Shown here: one piece after another, positions 9,237 through 19,074 of the stretch | Layout: every line of letters begins with the position of its first letter | Numbering within the stretch: position 1 is the stretch's first letter | Origin: an uncultured Verrucomicrobiales bacterium | GTDB taxonomy: Bacteria; Verrucomicrobiota; Verrucomicrobiia; Verrucomicrobiales; DEV007 | NCBI GenBank assembly: GCA_938091905.1 | Contig: CALKOM010000044.1 | Span: 1 to 38,993, forward strand | Direction of reading: 5' to 3' | DNA length: 38,993 nt | The notes under the pieces: model-generated | The model's input: only the letters and a program-made list of their open reading frames with translations | Told to the model about the DNA's origin: nothing | Database searches by the model: none | Made by a program: the position numbers and the translations under genes

Positions 9237-9692
9237 ATGGCAGATTACCGAGCGACCATTTCTTGGAGTTTTAATGGCGGAGACTTTCTTCGCGGACAGT
9301 ATTCACGCGAGCATACTTGGGCCTTTGACGGTGGTGTCGTCGTCCCAGCCTCGCCGTCGCCTTCCGTGGTCCCTCGCCCTTATTCCAATCCGGATCATGT
9401 GGATCCTGAAGAGGCCTATGTTGCCGCCCTGTCCAGTTGCCACATGCTCACCTACCTCTACGTGGCCTCAAAAGCCGGGTTCCAGATCGAGAGTTACAAG
9501 GATGAATCGATCGGTGTCATGACCAAGAATGACAAAGGTGTTCCCTGGGTGAGTTCGGTCACGTTGCATCCTCAAATCAAGTATCTCGGCGATAAAGTGC
9601 CAACACCTGAAGAAGCGGAGCGCTTGCATCATCTAGCACACGAGCAATGCTTCATCGCAGCGTCCGTAAAGACAGAGGTCACGGTCGCTTGA
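9237..9692 (+). CDS. OsmC/Ohr family protein
   Basis: YSREHTWAFDGG, DPEEAYVAALSSCHML, HHLAHEQCFIAASV (two conserved Cys). Confidence 0.93.
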   Translation: MADYRATISWSFNGGDFLRGQYSREHTWAFDGGVVVPASPSPSVVPRPYSNPDHVDPEEAYVAALSSCHMLTYLYVASKAGFQIESYKDESIGVMTKNDKGVPWVSSVTLHPQIKYLGDKVPTPEEAERLHHLAHEQCFIAASVKTEVTVA

Positions 9693-10791
9693 GTGGATTG
9701 CGACGTGCAACCGTGCCGTCTTTGAAACGCACAGAGTAATCGGAAAACCGGGGATCAGGTTCTGGATAGTCCGTGCTGATGAACTGCGCGCCGGATGCGA
9801 ATGCCTTGTCTCTCTGGGAGGGATCGTTCTTCCGCGCTTGCTCAGTTCCGGCATCTGCTCGTGTGCGAATCAGAAACCCGGCCTTCACAAGGCGCTGGAT
9901 CCGATCGAAGTCCTTTACCGATTCGTTGATCCTGAACCAAGCGGCTGCAGGATCGTCTTCATCCACTGAGGCAAAGAGGAGGCGGTCGCGCAACGAAGGA
10001 TGCCCAGCGAGATAGCGATCACGCACCGCCCCGCCGTTATCAAGCGCGAAGAGGACTTTACCTCTGACCGAATCCAGCAATGGCCACCCCTTGCTGAGTA
10101 TCGTTTCTCTTAACGTTTCCGCATCACCGCGAACATCGTCTGGCGACAGAATGTCATTCCTGTCGAAGACCGCTAGGATTTCCTCATCGATGCCATTGAA
10201 CTGCTCGGCATCGAACTTGAGTGGAGTGGCGCCCCCAGGAAAGACGGAAGACTCTTTGACCTCTACCAACACCATGACGGGAACATGGTCCGGATGCGCC
10301 TCAGACCAGTCATGCAGTTCTGTCAGAGCATGCTGAAAGGTGAAAGAGGTGGTCAGGTAATCGACGTCGGGTGCGTGAATGATCTTAAGACCTGGTTTCT
10401 TGAGGACACCTTCGGGATCATGGGTCGGGCCAGGATCGCCACCTTGAGCCGCGATCAGCTTTGGCGCCGCAGGATCGGCAAAGAGGCCGCCTTTGGGATC
10501 CGCATAAAGGTCCCATTCTAACTGACGGATTCCTAAACGCTCAAGCTGCTCAGTCATGGGTTTATGGGAATAGGCGATCGACTCGGCAGCCTCCGCGTTC
10601 ACCGTCTTGATCAACGCCATCACCGGCTTGCTTGGCTCCAAATGGTAGGAGTTGTGCGTGCCGATCACCTGAATTTCGTTGAGCTTGAGCCCATCGAGAG
10701 ACGACTCCGCCAAACTTTGATTGCCTGTTAGGGCCGCAAGCCCAAGGATGGCGGAGAGTAATCTCGGGATCACGCTGGTCTGTAAGAGCAC
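9679..10791 (-). CDS. Ca2+-dependent phosphoinositide-specific phospholipase C family protein (secreted)
   Basis: LNEIQVIGTHNSYH, GIRQLEWDLYADP, GFLIRTRAD, SGAQFISTDY; signal peptide. Confidence 0.87.
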   Translation of the reverse strand: MLLQTSVIPRLLSAILGLAALTGNQSLAESSLDGLKLNEIQVIGTHNSYHLEPSKPVMALIKTVNAEAAESIAYSHKPMTEQLERLGIRQLEWDLYADPKGGLFADPAAPKLIAAQGGDPGPTHDPEGVLKKPGLKIIHAPDVDYLTTSFTFQHALTELHDWSEAHPDHVPVMVLVEVKESSVFPGGATPLKFDAEQFNGIDEEILAVFDRNDILSPDDVRGDAETLRETILSKGWPLLDSVRGKVLFALDNGGAVRDRYLAGHPSLRDRLLFASVDEDDPAAAWFRINESVKDFDRIQRLVKAGFLIRTRADAGTEQARKNDPSQRDKAFASGAQFISTDYPEPDPRFSDYSVRFKDGTVARRNPLKRP

Positions 10792-10879
10792 CAGATCGCC
10801 TTGTCAATCTTCGGTCAGGGCATTTGAGCATGCACTGACCGAGATCCTCCTTTAGATTCTCATGCCACAACCCCTTGCT

Positions 10880-13800
10880 ATGAAGTCCCCATGCCTCCGT
10901 TTCCTCACCTTCTTGGGCCTGGCGGCCTTCAGTCTCTCCAACGCGCTCGGCGCCTTGCATCTCTCCGAGTTCGTGGCAGACAACGGCGGCGCGCTGCGAG
11001 ATGAGGACGGCGACGCGAGCGATTGGATCGAGATCTTCAATTCTGGCCCTGGCGATGTCGCCCTAGACGGTTACCAACTTAGCGATCACGCCACTGAACA
11101 AACCTCGTGGTCGTTTCCTAGCATGACACTGGAGAAAGGGGATTTCCTCATCGTGTTCGCCTCAGGCAAAGATCGATCGGAAGCGGGCTCGGAATTGCAC
11201 ACGGACTTTCAGATCGCGAAGGAAGGCGGCTATCTCGCGTTGACGGATCCTGACGGAAGCACGATCACTGCATTTGGGGCCGAAGACAACCCACTGCCAC
11301 CGCAATTGGAGGGTGTCTCCTATGGGCTCACGCAGACTGGAGATCGAACGTCTACCGTGTTCCTCAATGAGAATGCTGCGGGGCGAGCTCTTGTCCCGAC
11401 GAATGGCACTTTGGGTGAGCGTTGGCTTGCCCCTGAGTTTGAAGACTCGAGCTGGAGAGCCGTGTCTATGGGTATCGGTTATGATGAGAACACCGGTTAC
11501 GCTTCCGAGTTCGGCGCCGGCGGCGACTTTGGAGACACCTTCAATGGGCAGAACACGAGCGTGTACTTACGAGTTCCGTTTGAAGCCACAGAAACATCGT
11601 CTTTGTCGGAACTGTCGCTGAAAGTGAAGTACGATGACGGGTTTGCCGCTTTTCTCAACGGGGTTCGCGTCGCCAATGCCAACGCACCAAACGCTCTTAC
11701 CTGGAACTCGGAAGCCACCGCCGGCCATCCTGATGGCGAGGCCACGACATTGTTAGATTTCGACATCAGCGAGCATACGCAGCTCCTAACGCCAGGCACT
11801 AACGTCTTGGCGTTCCAGGGTCTGAACGATGGCCTAACGAGTTCTGACATGCTGCTTGCCGCCGAGTTGCACGGCCTGCTCGTCGCGAATCCGACGGTCG
11901 GCAGTACAGGGTTCCTCGGCAGACCGACACCGGGTAGCTTAAACGGCGAGAGCTTCAGTGGGTTTGTCGGCGACACCAAATTCAGCATTGATCGAGGGTT
12001 CTTTGAAGCCCCGTTCGACCTAGTCATCAGCACGGACACGGAGGGCGCGCAGATTCGATACACGTTAGACGGCTCCGCGCCAAGCGCCACTCAGGGACAA
12101 CTCTACTCCACGCCTATCCGAATCGATTCAACCACCGTAGTGCGCGCTCTGGCCGTGCGTGAGGGCTTTCGCTCTAGCAATGTAGATACACACACCTACC
12201 TGTTTCCCGAGGATGTGCTGACACAGCCAGACATGCGGTCCGTGATCACAGAATCCGCCAACTATGGACCACAGATGATAGATTCTTTAAAGGCAGTGCC
12301 AACATTCTCACTCGTGACCGAGAACGTAGGCTTCGAGAACGAGACTGCAGGTAACATTCGCACCGAGCACCAGGCTTCCATGGAGATGATTTTTCCAGAC
12401 GGCACTCCGGGCTTTCAGGAGAATGGTGGCCTGAGCAACTATGGAGGCCGGTTTACAAACTTCCGAAAGAAGAGCTTTCGCGTCGCTTTTCGTGAGGAAT
12501 TTGGCAGGACCAAGCTGAAATATCCAATCTTCGACGGCTTTGAGTATTCCCACTTTCCTCCTGCAGAGGAATTTGATGTCATCAATCTTCGTAGCGGCTC
12601 TCACGACATGCAGTCGCGCGGCGCCTACATGTCGAACCGATTCACCGATGATTCGATGTTAGATATGGGGAACGTCGCCCCACATGGACGTTTCGTTCAC
12701 GTCTATCTCAATGGCAAGTACTGGGGGCAGTACCATTTGCGCGAGCGCTGGAGCGCTGACATGGCGGCCAGTTACTTTGGCGGCCCGAAGAAGGACTACG
12801 AGGCTGTGAACGCGAATGACAACTTTCAAGACGATGAAGAGGTCTATGATGGTGTAGGCGATTTCTGGAATGAAACCAAAGGTCTCATCGCCGGGGCAAA
12901 TCCTTTCAACAATGCTGCTGAACACATCGATATCGTAAACATTGTCGACTTCATGTTGCTTTGGGTCAGCGGTAATTCCGAAAGTGAATTCCGGAGTTTC
13001 GGCTCCGCCAGCCGAGGTATTCCCTTCAAATTCATGATTAAGGATGCTGATGGCTACTTGCGTGGCGCGAGTGCAGGCAAAGCGAGTCATGCCGGGCCTC
13101 TTTCGGTCATGTCGAGAATGCGGCAAGGGGCTGGTGGTGAAGAGTTCTCCATTCTCCTCGCAGATCGCATTCACGAGCACTTCTTCAACGACGGCGCCCT
13201 CACACCGGCCAAGAACATCGCTCGTCTTCAAAGACGCGTGGAGGAGGCCCGGCTGGGATTCCTATCAGAAGCCGCACGCTGGGGCAACGTGTTCCGCGAT
13301 CCTCTCTCCTGGGAATCCTATCAGAACAACCTGATCACCAATCACTTTCCCAGCCTAGCACAAACCATGATCGGCCGTTTCCGCTCTGCAGGCATGTACC
13401 CCGAAACGGTGGCACCGGTCTACAGCCAGCACGGTGGCTCCGTGTCTACGGACACCCCCATCACCCTGGCCACAGACGGTGATCGCATCTACTACACACT
13501 AGACGGCAGCGACCCTCGCCTCATTGGCGGCGCTCCGAATCCAGATGCGCTCGTAGTCTCCTTTGGCGGCGACGGCGGCCCGGGCGTGCAGCCTCCGGTG
13601 ACTTTCCTAACGACTGGCAACATTTGGAGATACCTCGACGATGGGTCTGACCAGGGCACTGCTTGGAGGGCCTCTAATTTCAACGACTCGGCATGGAGTT
13701 CTGGGCCTTCCCAGTTGGGCTATGGTGGTGCCGACGAAGAATCAGGTACTGCGCTCAGCTTCGGAGGCGATTCATCTAACAAGTTTCCGACCACCTACTT

Positions 13801-15160
13801 TCGAACAGCAGTCGAGATCCCCGATCCGGAGGTGTTCCTCCAGTTTCTGATCCGGATCAAGTATGACGATGGCGTGGCCGTTTATGTCAACGGCGTCGAA
13901 GCGGTTCGGGCAAATCTTCAGGAGAACGCCCGATTCGACGATTTCGCAGCCAGCACGGTCGGCGACGAAGACGGCTGGAAAGATTTCATCGTGCCTACGA
14001 CCACGTTCTCAGCAGGAAAGAACACCCTCGCGGTAGAGATTCATCAAGGAAGCGGCACGAGCTCTGACATCCGCCTCGATATGCTACTGCGCGGCGAAAC
14101 AACCATTCAAAGCAGTGCAGACAATGTGAGCAAACCGCTCTTTCTGGCCGAACCCACCTTGCTTCGGTCACGAGCTTTTAAAACCGTCAGTGGGGAATGG
14201 AGCGCTCTCAACGAAGCCTTCTTTACCATTGATAGTGTACCTGCCGATGCCACCAACCTCGTCATCACAGAATTCCACTATCATCCTGGCGAACCGACCA
14301 AACCCGAAGAGCTTGCCGTGACCAGCGACCGGGATGACTTCGAGTTCCTCGAGGTCATGAACATCGCGCCGCAAGCTGTCGATCTCGCAGGTGTTCGTTT
14401 TAAGTCGGGGATTGAATTCACCTTTCCCCAGCACTCGGTGCTATCCGGAGGAGAACGTGTTCTTCTCGTCCGTGATCGTATGGCATATGAGGCGCGCTAT
14501 GGCTCTCTAGCCGGCATTCAAGCATTCGAGTATCGAGGTCGCCTCAGCAACGACGGCGAATCCCTGAGAATCGCCGGAATCGGTCCCACGCCGATCCGCG
14601 ACTTCACCTACAATGATCAACTACCATGGCCACTCGAGGCCGATGGCGATGGGGCAAGCTTGGTATTAATTAGCCCGAATAACAACCCGGCTCACGCCGA
14701 CGCCGCGAATTGGACTACGAAACAACGCGACGGGGCACCAACAGCAAACGCCATCACCTATGTCCAATGGGCGACCAGCCAGGGCCTCTTGGGCGGACCG
14801 GAAGCCGATGACGATGGCGATACGCTAACGAACTTCTTTGAGTATCTCTACGGTTCACGGGCGACGGATGCTTCAGATGCTCCTATTCCCGCCATCGCCA
14901 TTCAAACAATCAACGTCGATGGCTCGCCTGACGACTATGTCACCCTCTCATTTCAGCAGAATCGAAACGCCAAGGGCGCAACACTGAATGTGGAGATCGC
15001 GGAGAATCTCATCGAATGGACAAGCACCCCTACCGTTACGGTTGAATGGACGCGTACCTCCAACGACGATGGAACCGATACCGTGACGTTACGCTTTGCC
15101 GAACCTGTTCGCGCAAAAGACCAGCAGCGGTATGTGAGGTTGCGGGGCGTTTCTCCATAG
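10880..15160 (+). CDS. Large secreted lamin-tail / FN3-associated / CotH-kinase multidomain protein
   Basis: LSEFVADN...DEDGDASDWIEIFN (LTD); IRYTLDGSAP; CotH HVYLNGKYWGQYHLRER; YDDG beta-sandwich modules; second LTD (VITEFHYHP...EFLEVMN); C-terminal DDDGD module. The ORF opens at 10862; MKSP at 10880 fits the signal peptide better. Confidence 0.88.
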   Translation: MKSPCLRFLTFLGLAAFSLSNALGALHLSEFVADNGGALRDEDGDASDWIEIFNSGPGDVALDGYQLSDHATEQTSWSFPSMTLEKGDFLIVFASGKDRSEAGSELHTDFQIAKEGGYLALTDPDGSTITAFGAEDNPLPPQLEGVSYGLTQTGDRTSTVFLNENAAGRALVPTNGTLGERWLAPEFEDSSWRAVSMGIGYDENTGYASEFGAGGDFGDTFNGQNTSVYLRVPFEATETSSLSELSLKVKYDDGFAAFLNGVRVANANAPNALTWNSEATAGHPDGEATTLLDFDISEHTQLLTPGTNVLAFQGLNDGLTSSDMLLAAELHGLLVANPTVGSTGFLGRPTPGSLNGESFSGFVGDTKFSIDRGFFEAPFDLVISTDTEGAQIRYTLDGSAPSATQGQLYSTPIRIDSTTVVRALAVREGFRSSNVDTHTYLFPEDVLTQPDMRSVITESANYGPQMIDSLKAVPTFSLVTENVGFENETAGNIRTEHQASMEMIFPDGTPGFQENGGLSNYGGRFTNFRKKSFRVAFREEFGRTKLKYPIFDGFEYSHFPPAEEFDVINLRSGSHDMQSRGAYMSNRFTDDSMLDMGNVAPHGRFVHVYLNGKYWGQYHLRERWSADMAASYFGGPKKDYEAVNANDNFQDDEEVYDGVGDFWNETKGLIAGANPFNNAAEHIDIVNIVDFMLLWVSGNSESEFRSFGSASRGIPFKFMIKDADGYLRGASAGKASHAGPLSVMSRMRQGAGGEEFSILLADRIHEHFFNDGALTPAKNIARLQRRVEEARLGFLSEAARWGNVFRDPLSWESYQNNLITNHFPSLAQTMIGRFRSAGMYPETVAPVYSQHGGSVSTDTPITLATDGDRIYYTLDGSDPRLIGGAPNPDALVVSFGGDGGPGVQPPVTFLTTGNIWRYLDDGSDQGTAWRASNFNDSAWSSGPSQLGYGGADEESGTALSFGGDSSNKFPTTYFRTAVEIPDPEVFLQFLIRIKYDDGVAVYVNGVEAVRANLQENARFDDFAASTVGDEDGWKDFIVPTTTFSAGKNTLAVEIHQGSGTSSDIRLDMLLRGETTIQSSADNVSKPLFLAEPTLLRSRAFKTVSGEWSALNEAFFTIDSVPADATNLVITEFHYHPGEPTKPEELAVTSDRDDFEFLEVMNIAPQAVDLAGVRFKSGIEFTFPQHSVLSGGERVLLVRDRMAYEARYGSLAGIQAFEYRGRLSNDGESLRIAGIGPTPIRDFTYNDQLPWPLEADGDGASLVLISPNNNPAHADAANWTTKQRDGAPTANAITYVQWATSQGLLGGPEADDDGDTLTNFFEYLYGSRATDASDAPIPAIAIQTINVDGSPDDYVTLSFQQNRNAKGATLNVEIAENLIEWTSTPTVTVEWTRTSNDDGTDTVTLRFAEPVRAKDQQRYVRLRGVSP

Positions 15161-15247
15161 TTGCGGGAGGCGTCATGGAGAAAATGCTTAGGTTCAACGT
15201 CTCTGAACAAAAGACGCCGTTCTAACGATAGATCACGCTGGCTTCTT

Positions 15248-15412
15248 CTACTTGCCTTTTTTTGACTTACGCTTCTTCGATTTGCAGTTCTTGGCCTTTG
15301 CTCTACCCACCTCAAGCTTCTTCAGTTTGGCTTTCGCCTTTCCAACAGCAGTTTTAGCAGCTTTTAGCTTTACCTTAGCTTTCTTGATCTTCGACTTTTT
15401 GAATTTTCTCAT
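15248..15412 (-). CDS. Small Lys-rich basic protein (54 aa), histone-H1-like composition
   Basis: MRKFKKSKIKKAKVKLKAAKTAVGKAKAKLKKLEVGRAKAKNCKSKKRKSKKGK: 24 K + 3 R, encoded by mixed AAA/AAG codons rather than a simple DNA repeat. Confidence 0.6.
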   Translation of the reverse strand: MRKFKKSKIKKAKVKLKAAKTAVGKAKAKLKKLEVGRAKAKNCKSKKRKSKKGK

Positions 15413-15641
15413 GACACTTTGCTCTCGTTTCCAGAAGAAACATCGCCTCACAGGTTTTTCTCAGCGTTTCTTGCTTAGGCTTATGCAGAAACTTGATGTT
15501 TGCCGTTCGAAGAGCCACTTGCCTATACACGACAAGGTGCCCATTAAACCACATAGGAAGCTCATAGCACAGGATATGCGTAGCAGTTAAGTATCACAAA
15601 CCTAGGATTGGCCCCATGCAATCTGACTCCTGTCCTAAATC

Positions 15642-15936
15642 ATGAAGGATATACGTTGTACTCATCAGCTACACTCAGCAGGGAGTAGAGGCTCTCAAAG
15701 AAGCTCCTCTTCGCACCGAGAAGTTCACCGACTATCTGACAAGCAAAGGAGTGTCCAACGTGACCATCTACTGGACGTTCGACGCCTATGATGGCGTCGT
15801 CACGTTTCATTCCCCCGACGATGAGACAGCGCATCGCGCGATACTGGCACCATCCCAAATGGGAAACGTTAGAACGGAAACGCTAAGAGGATACGAGCAA
15901 ACAGGCTTCGAATCCTTGCTTACGGAATTGGTTTGA
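15642..15936 (+). pseudogene. GYD-domain protein with a frameshift just after the start codon
   Basis: One frame reads IYVVLISYTQQGVEALKEAPLR...IYWTFDAYDGVVTFHSPDDETA...GNVRTETLRGY. The ATG at 15642 is one base out of frame (295 nt in total). Confidence 0.75.
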
Positions 15937-16224
15937 TAGGTTGTGCCTGAAAAAGCCCCTCAAACTCGTAAATCATCGCACTTGAGCTACAGGAATCAAG
16001 AGATAGCAACCAAGGCAGTGCAGCGCGCTCGAAGTTTAAAGAAAGAGCCTCCAGCAAGAGCTTTTCGCATCCAGACGATCCCCTAGCCGATGACTCCTCG
16101 TTGGCTGAAGAGGAGAAGCTCGGCGTAGAGCAAGAGAACCCCTTATCCAACTCTACCAACAGTAAAATACCAAAACCCGGATCCTGCAACGGAGTGGTCA
16201 TCCTGTGGTTGAACACAACCACCG

Positions 16225-17211
16225 ATGACTAACCAAACAAAGTTTTTTCTACACACCCTTCTCATTGCCCTGGCGATTCCATTAGGAGCGATAGCCGAGC
16301 CCGCCCCTGCAAATGGCAAACTGAAGATCTTCATCTTGTCCGGCCAATCAAACATGGTTGGCTTTGGACAGCTCAAGGGCGCCCCAGGGACAATGGAGAC
16401 CTATGTCAAGAGCAACTCAAACGACTACGGCCACCTCGTAAATAGAGACAGTAAGCACGTTGTCCGAAATGATGTCTGGATCGTGAATCTCTCTTACGAG
16501 GAAAAGAAACAGCAGGGCTGGCTAACGACAGGCTATGGCGTTAGCCAAGATCATATTGGTCCCGAGTTCGGCTTCGGCTTTGTCATTGGCGATCACTTTG
16601 AGGATCCCGTGCTCATCATCAAGTCCGCATGGGGTGGCCGATCCCTGCTAAAGAATTTCCTCCCTCCAAGTGCGGCAGACTATCCCAAACCAAAGGCTGA
16701 TGGCGACACCGGGTTCCAATATGCAGAGGTCCTCAGACATGTGAAGGAAATCACCGACGATCTAAAAACGTATTACCCGAACTACCCGGGCAAAGGTTAT
16801 GAAATCATCGGTCTCGGTTGGCACCAAGGTTGGAACGATCGTGTCAATCAGGCTGCTGTCGATGTCTATGAGAAGAACATGGTTCACTTTGTGAAGGACA
16901 TTCGGAAAGACCTGGGAATCGCGAAGCTGCCTTTCGTCATCGCCAACACGGGCATGGGCGGTTGGGAGATTCCCATTCGTTACAAGGCAAAAGTGGAAAA
17001 GCTCATGGAGGCTCAACTCGCCCTTGCCGACCCTGAACGCTATCCAGATTTCAAAGGCAATGTCGCTGGAGTAGAAACCCGTGATTTTCAAAGAACCCTT
17101 GAAGAATCGCCTTCAAAGCAGGAGTACCATTGGATGCGAAATTGGGAGACTTACTATCTCATCGGCAAGTCCATGGGCGATGCCATGATCAAGCTGATTT
17201 CGGCTCAGTGA
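16225..17211 (+). CDS. Sialate O-acetylesterase (SASA)-type SGNH hydrolase, secreted
   Basis: IFILSGQSNMVG, IGPEFGFG, IIKSAWGGRSL, WHQGWND, YHW; signal peptide. Confidence 0.88.
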   Translation: MTNQTKFFLHTLLIALAIPLGAIAEPAPANGKLKIFILSGQSNMVGFGQLKGAPGTMETYVKSNSNDYGHLVNRDSKHVVRNDVWIVNLSYEEKKQQGWLTTGYGVSQDHIGPEFGFGFVIGDHFEDPVLIIKSAWGGRSLLKNFLPPSAADYPKPKADGDTGFQYAEVLRHVKEITDDLKTYYPNYPGKGYEIIGLGWHQGWNDRVNQAAVDVYEKNMVHFVKDIRKDLGIAKLPFVIANTGMGGWEIPIRYKAKVEKLMEAQLALADPERYPDFKGNVAGVETRDFQRTLEESPSKQEYHWMRNWETYYLIGKSMGDAMIKLISAQ

Positions 17212-17690
17212 ATCCTAACTCTCTTCTGTAAGGAAATACTAGCAGAGCAAGCTATACGATCACCCCATGAGTTTATTCAAATACTGCTTCTCCGATTGCT
17301 CAGAACGAAGCGGTCGACAGAGATTCTCAGCAAACAACGCCCAATCGCCGATCATGAGCGAATCGCACGAACTCATCACTCTCGCCTACCGCACAGATGG
17401 CAAAAGAATGAAGGAGAACACCACCGCAAGGATGCCTTGGATATTATCATTTAGGATAGCTGCAGAGAGTATGGTTTCGTGATCTAGATTTGCCTTCCCA
17501 TCGTCTGGCACGACTGGGAAATCCTCAGCCACACAAGCCCAGACCGCAGTTACTAGAGAAACGGCAGAACTCATCTCACCTTCCGCCGGATGTATCATCC
17601 CAGCGCTCTGGTGAAAAGCTCATAGATTTAGCTGGTGGCATCGATGGGATTCCCTTGGCAATCAGCCCAAGGTCCATCACTCTCGCTCTC

Positions 17691-19070
17691 ATGATCACCC
17701 GCCTTGTTGTCATTGCTTGCTTCATTGGCCTGAGCACCGCTCAGGCCCAATCCGAGGTCAGGAACGTTCTCTTCCTCATCTCCGACGATCTTCGGGCCAA
17801 CACGCTCGGTTGTTATGGAAACCAAGTATGTCAGACGCCGAACATCGATAAACTCGCCGCCAAAGGCATGGTGTTTGAGCGCGCCTACTGTCAGGGAACC
17901 ATGTGTGGCCCCTCGCGTCTCTCACTCATGTACAGCCGTTACCAAGGCAAAGGCAGCAAGACCTTGGGAGAACATTTTCAAGATCACGGCCGCTACAGTG
18001 CCAGGGTTGGGAAGATCTTCCACATGCGTGTGCCAGGAGACATCATTGCAGGCACTAACGGAGTAGATGTCTCCGAATGCTGGACAGAACGGTTCAACTC
18101 CCAAGGAAACGAAGCCCACACGCCGGGAGATTACGCTTGCCTCAACCTGAACATCTTTACCACAGAGCTGGAAGGGCGGGAATCAACGAAGATGCCGAAT
18201 AGGATGTTCGTCAGTGTGAAATACAATGGCAATGGCTCAGACCAACCCGACCACAAGACTGCCACAAAGACAATCGACCTCTTAGAGAAGCACAAAGACA
18301 AACCCTTCTTCATCGCAGCCGGCTTCGTCAGGCCGCACTATCCGATGGTCGCACCACATCAGTACTTCGAGCCTTATCGTTGGCAAGCGATGACCGTGCC
18401 TAGGCAATTGAAGGACGACCTGGCGGACATTCCAAAGCAAGGCATCCCCAGGAGCACATCAAAAGCAAACGGCATCGCCAAGTTTCCCGAGAATCAGCAA
18501 CGCATGTGGGCCGCCTACTACGCCTCGGTTACCTTCATGGATGAGCAGGTCGGCAGGGTGCTCGACTCCCTTGATCGGCTCGGCCTGCGCGAGAGCACTG
18601 CCATTGTCTTTACCAGCGATCATGGTTATCACCTGGGCGATCATTCCTTCTGGCTGAAAGGCGATGTGCACGAGCAAGTCACCCGCGTCCCAATGATCAT
18701 CTCTGCACCAGGCCACAAGCCTGGAAGATCCCAGTCGATTGCGGAACTGGTCGATCTCTACCCCACCCTATCAAAACTCACAGGGACCAAGCCCCCTGCC
18801 GACGTTCAAGGCACTAACCTCACACCCATCCTCAAAGACGGAACCGCCAAGGCCAAGGAAGGTGCCATCTCTTTCGCCAAAGGGCAAGGCTGGCGCACGG
18901 CAAACTGGGCTTACATGCGTTATCCAGATGGCTCAGAAGAACTCTATGACATGGAGAAAGACCCTGAGCAGTTTAACAACCTCGCAAAAGAGGATGCCCA
19001 CTCAAAACCCTTAACTATTATGAGGAAAGGGCTAGCAGAACGCCTGAAGGCGGTATCAAAGAAAGGCTAG
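17691..19070 (+). CDS. Formylglycine-dependent (S1) sulfatase, iduronate-2-sulfatase-like
   Basis: NVLFLISDDL, CGPSR (CxPxR), GKIFH, GFVRPHYP, FTSDHGYHLG. Start placed at MITRLVV (signal peptide). Confidence 0.93.
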   Translation: MITRLVVIACFIGLSTAQAQSEVRNVLFLISDDLRANTLGCYGNQVCQTPNIDKLAAKGMVFERAYCQGTMCGPSRLSLMYSRYQGKGSKTLGEHFQDHGRYSARVGKIFHMRVPGDIIAGTNGVDVSECWTERFNSQGNEAHTPGDYACLNLNIFTTELEGRESTKMPNRMFVSVKYNGNGSDQPDHKTATKTIDLLEKHKDKPFFIAAGFVRPHYPMVAPHQYFEPYRWQAMTVPRQLKDDLADIPKQGIPRSTSKANGIAKFPENQQRMWAAYYASVTFMDEQVGRVLDSLDRLGLRESTAIVFTSDHGYHLGDHSFWLKGDVHEQVTRVPMIISAPGHKPGRSQSIAELVDLYPTLSKLTGTKPPADVQGTNLTPILKDGTAKAKEGAISFAKGQGWRTANWAYMRYPDGSEELYDMEKDPEQFNNLAKEDAHSKPLTIMRKGLAERLKAVSKKG

Positions 19071-19074
19071 CAAT

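Noticed and set aside
17212..17690. Short ORFs and the 67-aa N-terminal extension of the sulfatase ORF
   Set aside because: No family features; the signal peptide indicates the real start is 17691.
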